A stretch of DNA of 64,000 nt. It comes from an uncultured Gemmatimonadaceae bacterium. Lineage in GTDB: Bacteria; Gemmatimonadota; Gemmatimonadetes; Gemmatimonadales; Gemmatimonadaceae. The stretch lies in assembly GCA_963781585.1 (NCBI GenBank), contig CAWAGQ010000008.1, positions 96,001 through 160,000 of the forward strand. Reading direction: 5' to 3'. The translations under genes and the position numbers were made by a program. Below the pieces are notes generated by a model that had not been told where the DNA came from, did no database searches, and was given only the letters and a program-made list of their open reading frames with translations. Positions within the stretch are counted from its first letter, which is position 1, and each line of letters begins with the position of its first letter. Below, one piece after another: positions 47,479 to 57,964 of the stretch.

Positions 47479-49569
47479 CTACCGAGTGGAGGAGTAGACC
47501 CGCAGTCCCACCCACACCGTCCGTCCCGGCCCGGGCTCGAAGAAGCGACCGTTCGACGCGTTCGACACCACGTTCGCGGCATACGTCCTGTCGAAGATGT
47601 TGTCGATGCCGATCACGGGCTGGGCCCCCAGTCTCGTGAGCTCCAGCGCCAGTCGCGCGTTGACCACGGTGTAGGCGTTCGCGTAGTTGGCGTTCGCATC
47701 GTCGGCCGGCTGCCGCGCGGCGTGCTGCAGTTCCACGGCGACCAGGGCCCATGCCGGCCGCGCGGTGGCATAGGCGCTCAAGGTGGCCGGCGCCACGCCC
47801 GGCACGTGGTTGTCACGATAGCTGGTCCCGCTCACCACGAAATCCTGATACGTGTAGCGGAGCCATCCGCCCGACGCACCTAACGAGAAAATGCCGCGGG
47901 CCGCGGAGAGCCCGATCTCGGCGCCGCGCCGTTCGGTGTGTCCGGCGTTCCGGTAGTACCGGCGTCCGCTGCCGTCGGGGACCTCGAACGGGATCAGTTC
48001 ATCCGTCGTGGTGACACGATAGAGCGCCAGGTCGTAGCTCAACTGGCCGTGCCAGATGCCCTTGGCGCCCGCCTCGATCGTGCGTCCGTGCTGCGGCTTG
48101 AGCGCGCGATTGAGCCCACCGCTCCCGTCGGGCTGATTGGCCAACTCGGTGGTCGTCGGTGTCTCGAACGACGACGATACATTCGCGTACAGTGACGCCA
48201 GCGCCGCGACCCGCCAGTTGATCCCCGCCATCGGCGTGACGTCGCTCAGCGTGCGCGACTGTTCGCCCGGCACGCCGGTGGGGCGGTGGTCCAGTACGCC
48301 AAACCGGGTCCGATCGCCCCGCACCGTCGCGGCGAGGGACAGCCGTTCGGTAGGATCCACCTCGGCGCGGGCGTAGGCTCCCAGACCCAGCACGCGCTCG
48401 CGCTGATCCACCGTGATACTCCCCTGATCGGAGGTGCCGGGACAGGTGGCGGGACGGGTGCCGGTGAGCCCGGCGCAGTTCGCGAAGTTCTGCCGGTCGT
48501 CGTCCTGACTGAGCAGGTCGATGCCGGCGGCCAGGCGCACCGGACGCCCGGCGGCTGTGAGATTGTACTGCCCGCGCGCCGATCCGCCTAACGTCATCCG
48601 GTCGAACGACACGATCGCGAAGCTCTGCGGATTGTCGAGCGACCGCAGGCCGCCGTGCAGGTTGACGTTGAGGGAGCCCCGATCGCCGTCGTGAGACGCC
48701 TGGAGCGCCAGGATCGATTGCGTGACCGTCTTGCTCGCTTTCTTTCTGACGTTGGTGGGATCGGCGGCCGTGCGGTCGGAGGCCATTTCCGCGGCGGTGA
48801 GCGATCCCGGATTCTGTGCCAGGGGTGAATCGAACCAGCTGACCTGGGCCAGGTACCGCGTGCCGCCGGCGGCCCATCGGGCGTCGGCGTTGGCGCTGGT
48901 ATTCCGGAAGCGGGAATACTTGCGCGGCCCCTGGCCCTGGTTCCAACTGGACGTCGCCTGCATCCCGACCTTGCGGGCGCGCCCGCCCACGTAGGCCGAC
49001 GCGCGCTTCACCCCGTCGGCGTAGAACGCGCGCACACGCGCCTCGGCGCCGGAATCGGGCGGCGCCTCGGTGCGGAAGTCCACCACGCCGCCTGACGAGT
49101 TGCCGTATAGCGCGCCGGCACTGCCCCGGATGACCTCGACCGCGGCGACCGTCTCGAGGTCCAGGTAGTCGACCGCGGTCTGGCCGTCGGCCTGGGTGAG
49201 CGGAATCCCGTCGCGGAGAATGCGCACGCCGCGGATCCCGAACGCCGAGCGGGCACCGAAGCCCCGGATCGCGAGCCGGGGATCCTGAGTCGGGTTGAAC
49301 CGGTTGGCGACACTGACCCCGGGAACGAACGCCAGCATGTCGGTGAGCGACGCCCGCCTGGTGCCGGCGCGCGACGAGTCGATCGTCAGGCGCGTGAGCG
49401 CGAACGGGAGGTCGAACGTTGACCGGGCCGCATCGCGGGTGACGGTGACGCGCACCGGCGTGATTCGGACGGCGGCGGAGTCCTGGCATTCCACCGGCGG
49501 TGCGCGCAGGACCAGCAGGAGCGCGACAACGCCGCCGGCAACGCGGACTCGCGCGAATATGTCAGGCAC
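47479..49569 (-). CDS. TonB-dependent receptor (YncD-like)
   Basis: IRGFGARSAFGIRGVRILRDGIP, VEVIRGSAGALYGNSSGGVV, FETPTTTEL and FFEPGPGRT. Confidence 0.9.
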   Translation of the reverse strand: MPDIFARVRVAGGVVALLLVLRAPPVECQDSAAVRITPVRVTVTRDAARSTFDLPFALTRLTIDSSRAGTRRASLTDMLAFVPGVSVANRFNPTQDPRLAIRGFGARSAFGIRGVRILRDGIPLTQADGQTAVDYLDLETVAAVEVIRGSAGALYGNSSGGVVDFRTEAPPDSGAEARVRAFYADGVKRASAYVGGRARKVGMQATSSWNQGQGPRKYSRFRNTSANADARWAAGGTRYLAQVSWFDSPLAQNPGSLTAAEMASDRTAADPTNVRKKASKTVTQSILALQASHDGDRGSLNVNLHGGLRSLDNPQSFAIVSFDRMTLGGSARGQYNLTAAGRPVRLAAGIDLLSQDDDRQNFANCAGLTGTRPATCPGTSDQGSITVDQRERVLGLGAYARAEVDPTERLSLAATVRGDRTRFGVLDHRPTGVPGEQSRTLSDVTPMAGINWRVAALASLYANVSSSFETPTTTELANQPDGSGGLNRALKPQHGRTIEAGAKGIWHGQLSYDLALYRVTTTDELIPFEVPDGSGRRYYRNAGHTERRGAEIGLSAARGIFSLGASGGWLRYTYQDFVVSGTSYRDNHVPGVAPATLSAYATARPAWALVAVELQHAARQPADDANANYANAYTVVNARLALELTRLGAQPVIGIDNIFDRTYAANVVSNASNGRFFEPGPGRTVWVGLRVYSSTR

Positions 49570-49980
49570 GATGAGATATCGCCCGGGTCAGGAGTTGGCG
49601 TGCCGCCACCATCGGCATGATGGGGCGACTGTCGCTGCCCGGAACGGTGCACCGATGAATCACGTCACGGAAGATGTTCTCTGCGGCTGTGCGGGGCCTG
49701 ACCGACAGCTTTCGCTCGATGCGCTATCCGGCCGTGCACCCGGACCGGATTCCAGAAGCCGGACGCAACGGGCGCGCCAGGTCCGAGGTGAACGATGGGG
49801 CTCACCATGCGGGTCGTGCTGGTGCTGGCGGCCGTTCTCGCCGTGCTCGCCCTCGATCCGACTGACCCGTCCAAGCTGGCTGTTCCAGTCGGCGTCCCGC
49901 TCAAACCCGCGGGCTCTTGTGGTTGTCCTATTATTCGAGTCACCTGCTTGATTCGAGTCGTCTACCCGGGAACCGCCACG

Positions 49981-50907
49981 ATGCGAACACTTGCTCTTGT
50001 CAGCGCCGCCATGGTGGGCCTCGCCACCACCGCGGCCCTCACCGCGCTCGCACCGATGGCGTCGGCGCAGAACGTGGTCGGGCGCAGTCAGGACGTCTGG
50101 ACCTGGTCCGACCGTGTCGCGCCCGGCGAGTGGTTTCGCTTCAATGCCAGCATGGGCGGTGTGGAAGTGACCGAGGGGTCGAGCGACCAGGTGGAGGTGC
50201 GCGCCGAGAAGGTGCTGAGACGAGGTCGCGCCACGGACATCGGCTTTATCGTCATGCACGGCAACGACGGCACCACCATCTGCGCCGTGTACGAGGATGA
50301 TGACGCGTGCGACACGGACGGGATCCACGGTGGGCGCACGCGCTCATGGCGCGATCGCGCCAGCCTGCGCGTGACCATCCGGCTGCCACACGGCGTGCGT
50401 ATCCGCGCCGCCTCCGGGAACGGCGACGTGAGCGTGAGCGGCGCAACCGACGAAGTGGTGGCCGCCAGCGGGAACGGACGCGTACGCGTGAACGGCTCGG
50501 GCGGCGCGGTGCACGCCTCGTCAGGCAACGGCGCCGTAACCGTGGAAGGAGCGCGTGGTTCGGTCGATGCCAACTCCGGCAACGGCGACGTGTCGATCGC
50601 GACGTCGGTCGGTCCGGTGTCGGCGAACTCCGGGAATGGGGACATCACGGTTTCCATGGACGCGCTGCGCAGCACCGAGGCGATGACCTTCACCACGGGC
50701 AACGGACGGATCACGATCACGCTGCCGTCGGACTATTCGGCCGACCTCGACGCCTCGACGGGGAATGGCAGCATCGAGAGCGATTTCCCGATCACGGTGT
50801 CGGGCCGGATCACCCAGTCCCACGTGCGCGGCACGATCGGCAAGGGCGGCCCCCGCCTGCGGCTGGTGTCGGGGAACGGCCGCATCGAGCTGCGAAAGGG
50901 ACGCTGA
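49981..50907 (+). CDS. DUF4097 (putative adhesin) beta-strand repeat protein
   Basis: Signal peptide; repeated SGNG.V.V units. Confidence 0.85.
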   Translation: MRTLALVSAAMVGLATTAALTALAPMASAQNVVGRSQDVWTWSDRVAPGEWFRFNASMGGVEVTEGSSDQVEVRAEKVLRRGRATDIGFIVMHGNDGTTICAVYEDDDACDTDGIHGGRTRSWRDRASLRVTIRLPHGVRIRAASGNGDVSVSGATDEVVAASGNGRVRVNGSGGAVHASSGNGAVTVEGARGSVDANSGNGDVSIATSVGPVSANSGNGDITVSMDALRSTEAMTFTTGNGRITITLPSDYSADLDASTGNGSIESDFPITVSGRITQSHVRGTIGKGGPRLRLVSGNGRIELRKGR

Positions 50908-50980
50908 GTCCGCGCGGACATCTCCGCGCCGGGCGAAACGTGTGTTCGCGTTCCGCCGAAGGAGGGCCGGGGTAGCGGCA

Positions 50981-52165
50981 TCAGGGAATCGCCGCCCCCG
51001 CGAGATCCCTTCGCAGCGCGAGGAATCCCACCGCCGCCGCGACTTTCAGGATGACCCCGAACACCACGAGTGCGACAATCGAGTGATCGTAGAGGCGGCC
51101 CATGATCACGCTGCCCACGAACCAGAGCACCCCGTACACACCGTTGAAGCTGCCGAATGCCGTTCCGCGCTTGTGCATCGAGACCACGCGCGCAATCCCC
51201 GGCCTGAGGGTCGCATCGGCGGCGCCAAGGCCGATCCCCCAGCAGGTCACGGCAACCGCCACCTCGCCGGGACCACCGAGGAATCCCAGCGGCAGCGCGA
51301 ATACGGAGACGAGTATTCCGGCCGACAGCACGGCTATGCCGTAGCGGTCGAACAGCCGCCCAAATAGCAGCGCCGCGGCGCCGTTCACGGCCATCGCCCC
51401 CGCGTAGAACAGCGGAATCGTCGGCGCGGAGACGAGCGCGGTCTTCTCGAGGTGATACGCGAGCAGGGCGAAGTCGACGAAGCCGCACGCCATGAGTCCG
51501 GCCACCGCGCAGTAGATCCAGAAGACGCGCGGGAGGGATTGCTGGTGGATCGCCGGGGGCGGCGGCGCGCCGCGCGACGGGTGCGTGATGCGAGCCAGCA
51601 CGAGCGCGACGATGCAGGCCACCGCCGGCACGGCAAGGACGAGGAAACCCGGCGCGAAGCGCTGCGAGCGGGCAACGACGGCCGCGACCACGAGCGGACC
51701 CAGCACCGCGCCCGTCTGATCGAGCGCCGTGTGCAGCCCGAAGCCCCAGCCGTGTCCCACCTCCTGGGTGGCTTCGGACAGCAGCACATCCCTCGCCGGT
51801 CCACGCACGCTCTTGCCGAATCGCTCGGCGACCACGAGGAGCGCGGCGGCCTGCCAGCTTCCGGCGAACGCCAGCGCCGGAACGACGATCAGGTTGAGCG
51901 CGTAGCCGCCGATGGTGATTGGCCAGTACGCCCGTGTGCGATCGGCCAGCCGGCCGGTGAAGAAACGAAGGCCCGCCGCGACCATCTCGCCGAACCCCGC
52001 CACGAAGCCCACCTGCATCGCGCTGGCGCCGAACTCGCTCAGGTAGGGGCCGATGATGCTGCGCGCCCCTTCGTAGGTCATGTCGGCGAGCAGGCTGACG
52101 ATGCCCAGCCAGACGATGAAGCGGGTGGCGGCTCGGCGGGCGTCGTGGGAGGGCGTGGCGGTCAC
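50981..52165 (-). CDS. MFS transporter
   Basis: VSLLADMTYEGARS, GRLADR, ERFGKSVRGPARD and FGLHTALDQTGAVLGP. Confidence 0.9.
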   Translation of the reverse strand: MTATPSHDARRAATRFIVWLGIVSLLADMTYEGARSIIGPYLSEFGASAMQVGFVAGFGEMVAAGLRFFTGRLADRTRAYWPITIGGYALNLIVVPALAFAGSWQAAALLVVAERFGKSVRGPARDVLLSEATQEVGHGWGFGLHTALDQTGAVLGPLVVAAVVARSQRFAPGFLVLAVPAVACIVALVLARITHPSRGAPPPPAIHQQSLPRVFWIYCAVAGLMACGFVDFALLAYHLEKTALVSAPTIPLFYAGAMAVNGAAALLFGRLFDRYGIAVLSAGILVSVFALPLGFLGGPGEVAVAVTCWGIGLGAADATLRPGIARVVSMHKRGTAFGSFNGVYGVLWFVGSVIMGRLYDHSIVALVVFGVILKVAAAVGFLALRRDLAGAAIP

Positions 52166-52246
52166 CGAATGTCCCGGGGACGGCAGCCCGGCGCTCTCGC
52201 CGTATCGTGTGTGTGGGTTACCATTTCTCCGGGCGACGAGCACACC

Positions 52247-52425
52247 GTGAGCGACCTGTCCTCGACATTATGCGACGCACGCTCCGGCCGCTACACGATC
52301 GACCAGGAGATTGGACGCGGGGCGAAAACCGCAAGATCACCCGCACCCATATTCGTCTTGTCGGCCGGCCCTTCGGACCAGGAGAAGATCTCTCTGCTGA
52401 GCGCCGGGGCCGACGAGGATGCGGC
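52247..52425 (+). pseudogene. Chimeric remnant: degenerate kinase N-terminus fused to a response-regulator fragment
   Basis: VSDLSSTLCDARSGRYTIDQEIGRG followed by APIFVLSAGPSDQEKISLLSAGADE. Confidence 0.55.
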
Positions 52426-52532
52426 AGGTGCTCGATTCCCACTTCCTCCGCCACGGACGGACAGAGATACTATGGGCGCCGCGGCACGCGCGTCCGGCGC
52501 GTGGCCGGAGTGGCCCATCTCCGCCTCCCGTC

Positions 52533-54918
52533 GTGTCAGATCTCGTCTCCGCATTGCGAGATGCCCTCGCCGGCCGATATACAATCGACCGCGAGATCGG
52601 CCGTGGAGGCATGGCGAGCGTGCTGCTGGCGCATGACGTGCGGCACGACCGTCCGGTCGCGGTCAAGGTGCTTCACCCCCAGATCGCCGCGGCGGTAGGA
52701 TCCGAGCGCTTCCTTCGCGAGATCCAGGTAGCGGCTCGGCTGCGACACCCGCATATCCTGCCGCTGTTCGACTCCGGCGAGGCCGCGGGTCTGCTCTTCT
52801 ACGTGATGCCGTACGTGGGCGGCGAGTCGCTGCGCGAGCGGCTGCGGCGTGTGGGCGCGCTTCCCCTGGCGGACGCGCTGCGGATCGCGCGCGAGGTGGC
52901 GGACGCGCTCGACTACGCGCATCAGCACGGAGTGGTGCATCGCGACATCAAACCGGACAACGTGCTCCTCGACGACCGGCACGCGCTGATCACGGATTTC
53001 GGCATCGCGCGCGCCGTCACGCCCGACGAGACGAGTGAGATGCTCACGTCCACGGGTCTGCTGGTGGGGACGCCGGCGTACATGAGCCCCGAGCAGGTGA
53101 GTGGCGACCGGCTGCTCGATGGCCGGAGCGACCTCTACGCACTGGGGTGCGTGCTACACGAAATGCTCACCGGCGAACCGCCGTTTTCCGGTCCGACGGC
53201 GCAGGCGATCATGGCAAAGCGCTTCGCCGGCGCCGCGCCGGCCATGCCGGCTGGCATCCCGCCGCCGGTGAGGGCGATCGTCGCTACCGCGATGCAGGTG
53301 ACCCCCGAGAAGCGCTACGGCTCCGGGCGGGACATGGCAGATGCTCTCGACGCCGCGGAGAGCGCGAACCGCGGCGTCGTGGCGACGCCCGCGACGACGG
53401 CGGTGAAGCCGCCGCTGCTGCGCCGGCCCGGCGTCGTGCTGGGGGCGGGCGCCGTCCTCGTTGCGGTGACCCTGTCCGCCGTGCTGCTGAGGCAGCACGA
53501 ATCCGTACCCGCACTGCCGGTGCGGGCCGCGTCGATCATCCCCTCGGTGGGCGTGCTCCCGTTCGCGAATCGCAGCGACAGCCGGGAGATGGAGTACTTC
53601 AGTGACGGCGTCACCGACGAGCTCATCACCGCTCTCTCGCGGGTGAACGGCATACAGGTGGCCGGCCGCACATCGTCGTTCTCGCTGAAGAACAAGGGGC
53701 TCACCGCCCAGCAATCGGCCGACACGCTGCACGTGAAATTGCTGATCGACGGCAGCGTGCGAAGCAGCGGCCCCAATGTGCGCGTGACCTGGGGCTTGAT
53801 CGACGGGGCGACCGGGCGGAGTCTCAACACCGGCGATTTCGACGGCGAAATGCGCAACGTGATCGCGCTGCAGGATTCGCTCGCCCACACCATCGTGGCG
53901 CAGCTCCAGCCGGCGTTAGGCATCACGGTCACCGCCTCCACGCCCCGCCATACCACCGCGAACTTCGAGGCGTACAATCTCTATCTGCAGGGGCACTACT
54001 ACTGGAACCAGCGAACGCCAGCCAGCATGCGGCGCGGCATCGACTACTTCAAGCAGGCGATCGCGCGGGATTCCGGCTACGCCCTGGCCTGGGCCGAGCT
54101 TTCCAGCGCCTACACGCTCGAGGCCGGGTTCGGCGACATGCGCCCGGGCGAGGTGCGGGAGGTCGCCCGGTCGGCCGCCGAGCGCGCGGTCCGTCTCGAC
54201 TCCACGCTGTCGGAAGGATACACGGCGTTAGGCATCTGGCATTCGCTGGCCAACCAGGATTGGGCGACGGCGCTGCCCTACCTGGACCGGGCGGTGGCGC
54301 TCGACTCGGCCAACCCGTTCCCGCATCTCTTTCGCACCTGGGCCCTGCTGGCACTGGGACGCGGCGACGAAGCCCTGGCCGAGGTTCGGAAGGCCGTGGC
54401 CCTCGACCCGCTGGCGCCCACCCAGAACGCGCGGCTGGGCACGGTCCTCATCTGCCTGCGTCGTTACGACGAGGCGATCGCCCAGCTGCGGCACGCCCTC
54501 GAGGTCGACCCCTCGAACGTGCAGGCCCGATTCGAACTCGGACATGCGTACGCCATGAAAGGGGCAGTTCGACGAGGCATTCAAGGCATATCCCGACGCG
54601 ATCGAATCGCAGGCCGGCTTCTCCACGGGATGGCTGGCCGCTTCTCTCGGACGGGCAGGGCGGCAGTCGCAGGCCCGTGCGCTCTACGACCGGTTGCTGG
54701 CGCTTTCCAAACAACGCCACGTCACCCACGAGGCGCTTGCCCTCAGCGCACTTGGCGCCGGTGACACCTCGCTCGCCCTCGACTGGCTGGAACGCGGGGT
54801 GCGCGAGCATTCGTTCTATCTCGTTTTTCTGAATGACGATCCCCTGTTCGACCCGCTGCGCAACGAGCCACGGTTCAAGGCGATGCTCCGGCAACTGCGT
54901 TTCCCCCCTGCGGGATAG
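52533..54918 (+). CDS. Hanks-type Ser/Thr kinase with TM helix, TolB-N-like domain and TPRs; +1 frameshift near 54560
   Basis: IGRGGM, VAVKVL, HRDIKPDN, DFGIA, GTPAYMSPEQ and SVGVLPFAN; the TPR frame continues after AAAGGGG to DPLFDPLRNEPRF. Confidence 0.9.
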
Positions 54919-55085
54919 GTCCGTCGGGATCAGCGCCGCGAGCAGCGCGACCAAATCCGAACGGTCCAGCGCGACCAGACCGAGCAGCCGGGTGCGACCA
55001 AGCCGGGGCGGTGCGGGCGGCCAGGTCCTCCGCCGTGGCGCGCGGCGTGGCAGATTCAGAATCCACTCCATCCGGCATCCCCACG

Positions 55086-56675
55086 ATGACGTCCGTTCCG
55101 TCGAGCACCCGCCCACCGCTGGTCGTCTCACTCGTCTGTGCGGCGACCTTCGCGATCCCCATCCCCGCGCAATCGCCCTCCGGCGCCGAGGCGCGCGCGG
55201 CAGCCCGGACGTACCGCGAGGCCAACGAAGCCAAGCTGGTACGCGATTTCGCGACCCTGCTCGCCATGCCTAACGTGGCATCGAATCTCGCCAACGTGCG
55301 TCGGAACGCCGACTATCTGTCGGGCCTGCTGCGCGCCCGTGGCATCACGCCCCGGCTGCTGGAGGTGCCCGACGCCCCTCCAGTGGTGTACGGCGAGCTC
55401 GCCACGCCAGGCGCTACGCGAACCGTAGTCCTTTACGCACACTACGACGGCCAGCCGGTGGATCCGAAGCAATGGTCCGGGGCGCCGTGGACGCCGGCGC
55501 TTCGCGACAAGCCGCTGACCCAGGGCGGCCACGATGTCCCGTTCCCCGCCGTCGGCCAGACGGTGAACGGCGAGTGGCGGATCTACGCCCGCTCGGCCGG
55601 CGACGACAAGGCGTCGATCATGGCGATGCTGACCGCGCTCGACGCGATGCGCGCGGCGAAACTGGCGCCGTCTTTGAACGTCAAGTTCTTCTTCGAGGGC
55701 GAGGAGGAAGCCGGCTCGGGCCACCTCGAGGCCATCCTGCGCAAGTACAAGGACCTGCTGCGCGCCGACGCCTGGCTCTTCTGCGACGGCCCCGAGCACC
55801 AGACCGGGCGGCAGCAGGTGCTGTTCGGGCAGCGCGGGGTGGTGGATCTCGAGCTCACCGTCTACGGGCCCACGCGGCCATTGCACAGCGGCCACTACGG
55901 CAACTGGGCGCCCAACCCGGCGGCGCTGCTGGCCAACCTGATCGCGTCGATGCGCGACGACGACGGGCATATCCGGATCGCCGGCTACTACGACGACGTG
56001 CGTCCGATCAGCGCCGCAGAGCGGCAGGCCCTGGCCGCGTTGCCGGCGATCGACCCCATGCTGCGCGCCTCGTTAGGCCTGGCGCACACCGAGGCCGGGG
56101 ACGCGCCGCTGGTGGAGCGGATCATGATGCCGGCGCTCAACGTGCGCGGGCTGCGCGCTGGCGGGGTGGAGGAGACGTCGGCCAACGTGATCTCTACCGA
56201 AGCACTGGCGTCGTTCGATTTCCGGCTGGTGCCCGATCAGACGCCCGAACACGTGAAGCAGCTTGTCGAGCGGCACATCGCCGCGCAGGGATACCACGTC
56301 GTTCGCGACGTGCCTGACTCGGCCACCCGGGTGACGTACCCGAAGATCGTGCGGATGCGGTGGGGGAGCGGGTATCCGGCGCAGCGGGCGTCGCTTGACG
56401 ATGCATTCGGCCGCGCGCTCATCGCCGCGATTTCCGACGGGGCGCCGCAGGCACCGCTCGTGCTGCCCACCTCGGGCGGGAGCGGGCCGAGCTATCTGTT
56501 CGCGGAGATCCTGGGCGCGCCGGTGGTGGGGCTGCCGATCGCCAACTACGACGACAACCAGCATGCGGCGAACGAGAATCTGCGTCTGCAGAATCTGTGG
56601 GACGGGATCGAGTTATATGCAGGGCTGCTGGTGCAGCTGGGCGCCACGTGGAGGAGCGCCGGCGCGACGCCATGA
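55086..56675 (+). CDS. M20/M25/M40 family metallopeptidase, secreted
   Basis: YAHYDGQP, ARSAGDDK, EGEEEAGS, LHSGHYGNW and NQHAANEN. Confidence 0.92.
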   Translation: MTSVPSSTRPPLVVSLVCAATFAIPIPAQSPSGAEARAAARTYREANEAKLVRDFATLLAMPNVASNLANVRRNADYLSGLLRARGITPRLLEVPDAPPVVYGELATPGATRTVVLYAHYDGQPVDPKQWSGAPWTPALRDKPLTQGGHDVPFPAVGQTVNGEWRIYARSAGDDKASIMAMLTALDAMRAAKLAPSLNVKFFFEGEEEAGSGHLEAILRKYKDLLRADAWLFCDGPEHQTGRQQVLFGQRGVVDLELTVYGPTRPLHSGHYGNWAPNPAALLANLIASMRDDDGHIRIAGYYDDVRPISAAERQALAALPAIDPMLRASLGLAHTEAGDAPLVERIMMPALNVRGLRAGGVEETSANVISTEALASFDFRLVPDQTPEHVKQLVERHIAAQGYHVVRDVPDSATRVTYPKIVRMRWGSGYPAQRASLDDAFGRALIAAISDGAPQAPLVLPTSGGSGPSYLFAEILGAPVVGLPIANYDDNQHAANENLRLQNLWDGIELYAGLLVQLGATWRSAGATP

Positions 56676-56748
56676 TCGAGGGGCACCAGCCGGGAATATT
56701 GGATACGTAGGGCTCCTGCGCCTTAGCGTGCAGTTAGGCGCGCGTTTC

Positions 56749-57858
56749 TCACCCACGGCGCAGCCTGTAGAGAGTCACATGCGGTTCGCCGACGCGATCC
56801 TCGTACGTACCGAGAATGTAGTCGTCGGCAATGTCGAATACTGTGAGGCCGGTCGGTATCCGGACGTCACCCAGCAAACGACCGTCGTCCGCCAACGCCA
56901 ACAGCCGTGTCTCGACGTCTCTCGGCAAGTAGAGTGACACCCACAGTGTACCGGCCCGATCAGTGAATAGCGCTGTGTACGGGGGTACAGTGGCTGGCAT
57001 CGGCCCTTCCAACTCGAGCTCTTTCATTCGCTGCCGAGTCTGTGCATCCTGCCCGTACATGGCGAGAGCGTCTGCGGATGCTTCGTACTGCGCTCTCGAT
57101 GGTCTGCGCGGTCGTACCGGCACACGGATGGATCCGCGTCGCTGGCCATCCAGCGCGAACACTTCAATCACGGCCGAATCGGCGGTGCCTACGTAGAGGC
57201 GATCGTCGGATATGGCTATCACCGGTGCACGACCCAAGGGTCGTGGGACCGCCGCGCCTATGTGCGTGATGCTGTATTCCGGTCCCGGTACCATGCCAAT
57301 CACCGCCAGGGTACTGTCAGCGCCATTCACGACTCGCAGTTTCGCCCGCTCACGCGCAGACACAACGCCTGGTTTCGGAGGCTGAGAAAAGTTCGGTCGA
57401 TCGTGCAGCGCAAATTGGCCTTTGCGATTGCAGCGGATCAGATAAGGCGCGGGATCGAGCCTTCCCGCCGACGGGATGATAAGCTGACGTCCCATGCGCC
57501 CACTCTTGTCAAGCGCTGTCAGTCGCTCATGGAAGAAGTCCCAGACGAAGAGACTGTCTGCTGCGCACTGGCCGAGCCAGGAGATGAGGCGGAATTCTCC
57601 AGGTCCATCACCCGAACGCCCAACAGTGCGCAGCAGCTGCCCTCTGGTGTCAAAGAAGCTGATCCTGTCGCCTCGTCCGTCTGCGATCACAATGGTGCCG
57701 TCCTGCTGTCGAACACCCGCTACCGGCAACTCGAGCAACGGGGCCCCGGTCGGAGACACGCCGTGAATATCAACGGTGGGAACAGAGTCGACGGACCAAT
57801 GCGTTTGTGCGAGTGCGCAAGTTGCTGTAGCAGCGTGCAGTAGTGCGCAGACCACCAC
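56749..57858 (-). CDS. Putative beta-propeller protein with atypical, more AT-rich codon usage (start uncertain)
   Basis: VGRSGDGPGEF; DRAGTLWV; paralog of 1548-2762. Confidence 0.65.
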   Translation of the reverse strand: MVVCALLHAATATCALAQTHWSVDSVPTVDIHGVSPTGAPLLELPVAGVRQQDGTIVIADGRGDRISFFDTRGQLLRTVGRSGDGPGEFRLISWLGQCAADSLFVWDFFHERLTALDKSGRMGRQLIIPSAGRLDPAPYLIRCNRKGQFALHDRPNFSQPPKPGVVSARERAKLRVVNGADSTLAVIGMVPGPEYSITHIGAAVPRPLGRAPVIAISDDRLYVGTADSAVIEVFALDGQRRGSIRVPVRPRRPSRAQYEASADALAMYGQDAQTRQRMKELELEGPMPATVPPYTALFTDRAGTLWVSLYLPRDVETRLLALADDGRLLGDVRIPTGLTVFDIADDYILGTYEDRVGEPHVTLYRLRRG

Positions 57859-57964
57859 CAGTGATGTTAGGGATCGAGAGCACGGCGATGACTCGCCCGC
57901 GATGGACGAACTATAGAAAGAACCCGCCGCCTCAAATCCGTTGTCCTGGCGCGGTAGCAGGGGA

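Noticed and set aside
49795..49980. In-frame upstream extension of the DUF4097 gene (MRVVLVLAAVLAVLALDPTDP)
   Set aside because: The ATG at 49981 already gives a clean signal peptide. The extension may be a sensor-kinase remnant but is too short to support.
56680..56745. Possible integron attC site after the propeller gene (minus strand GCCTAAC...)
   Set aside because: Only the inverse core is present. There is no matching GTTRRRY arm or hairpin and no integrase in the window, and the motif is common throughout the window anyway.
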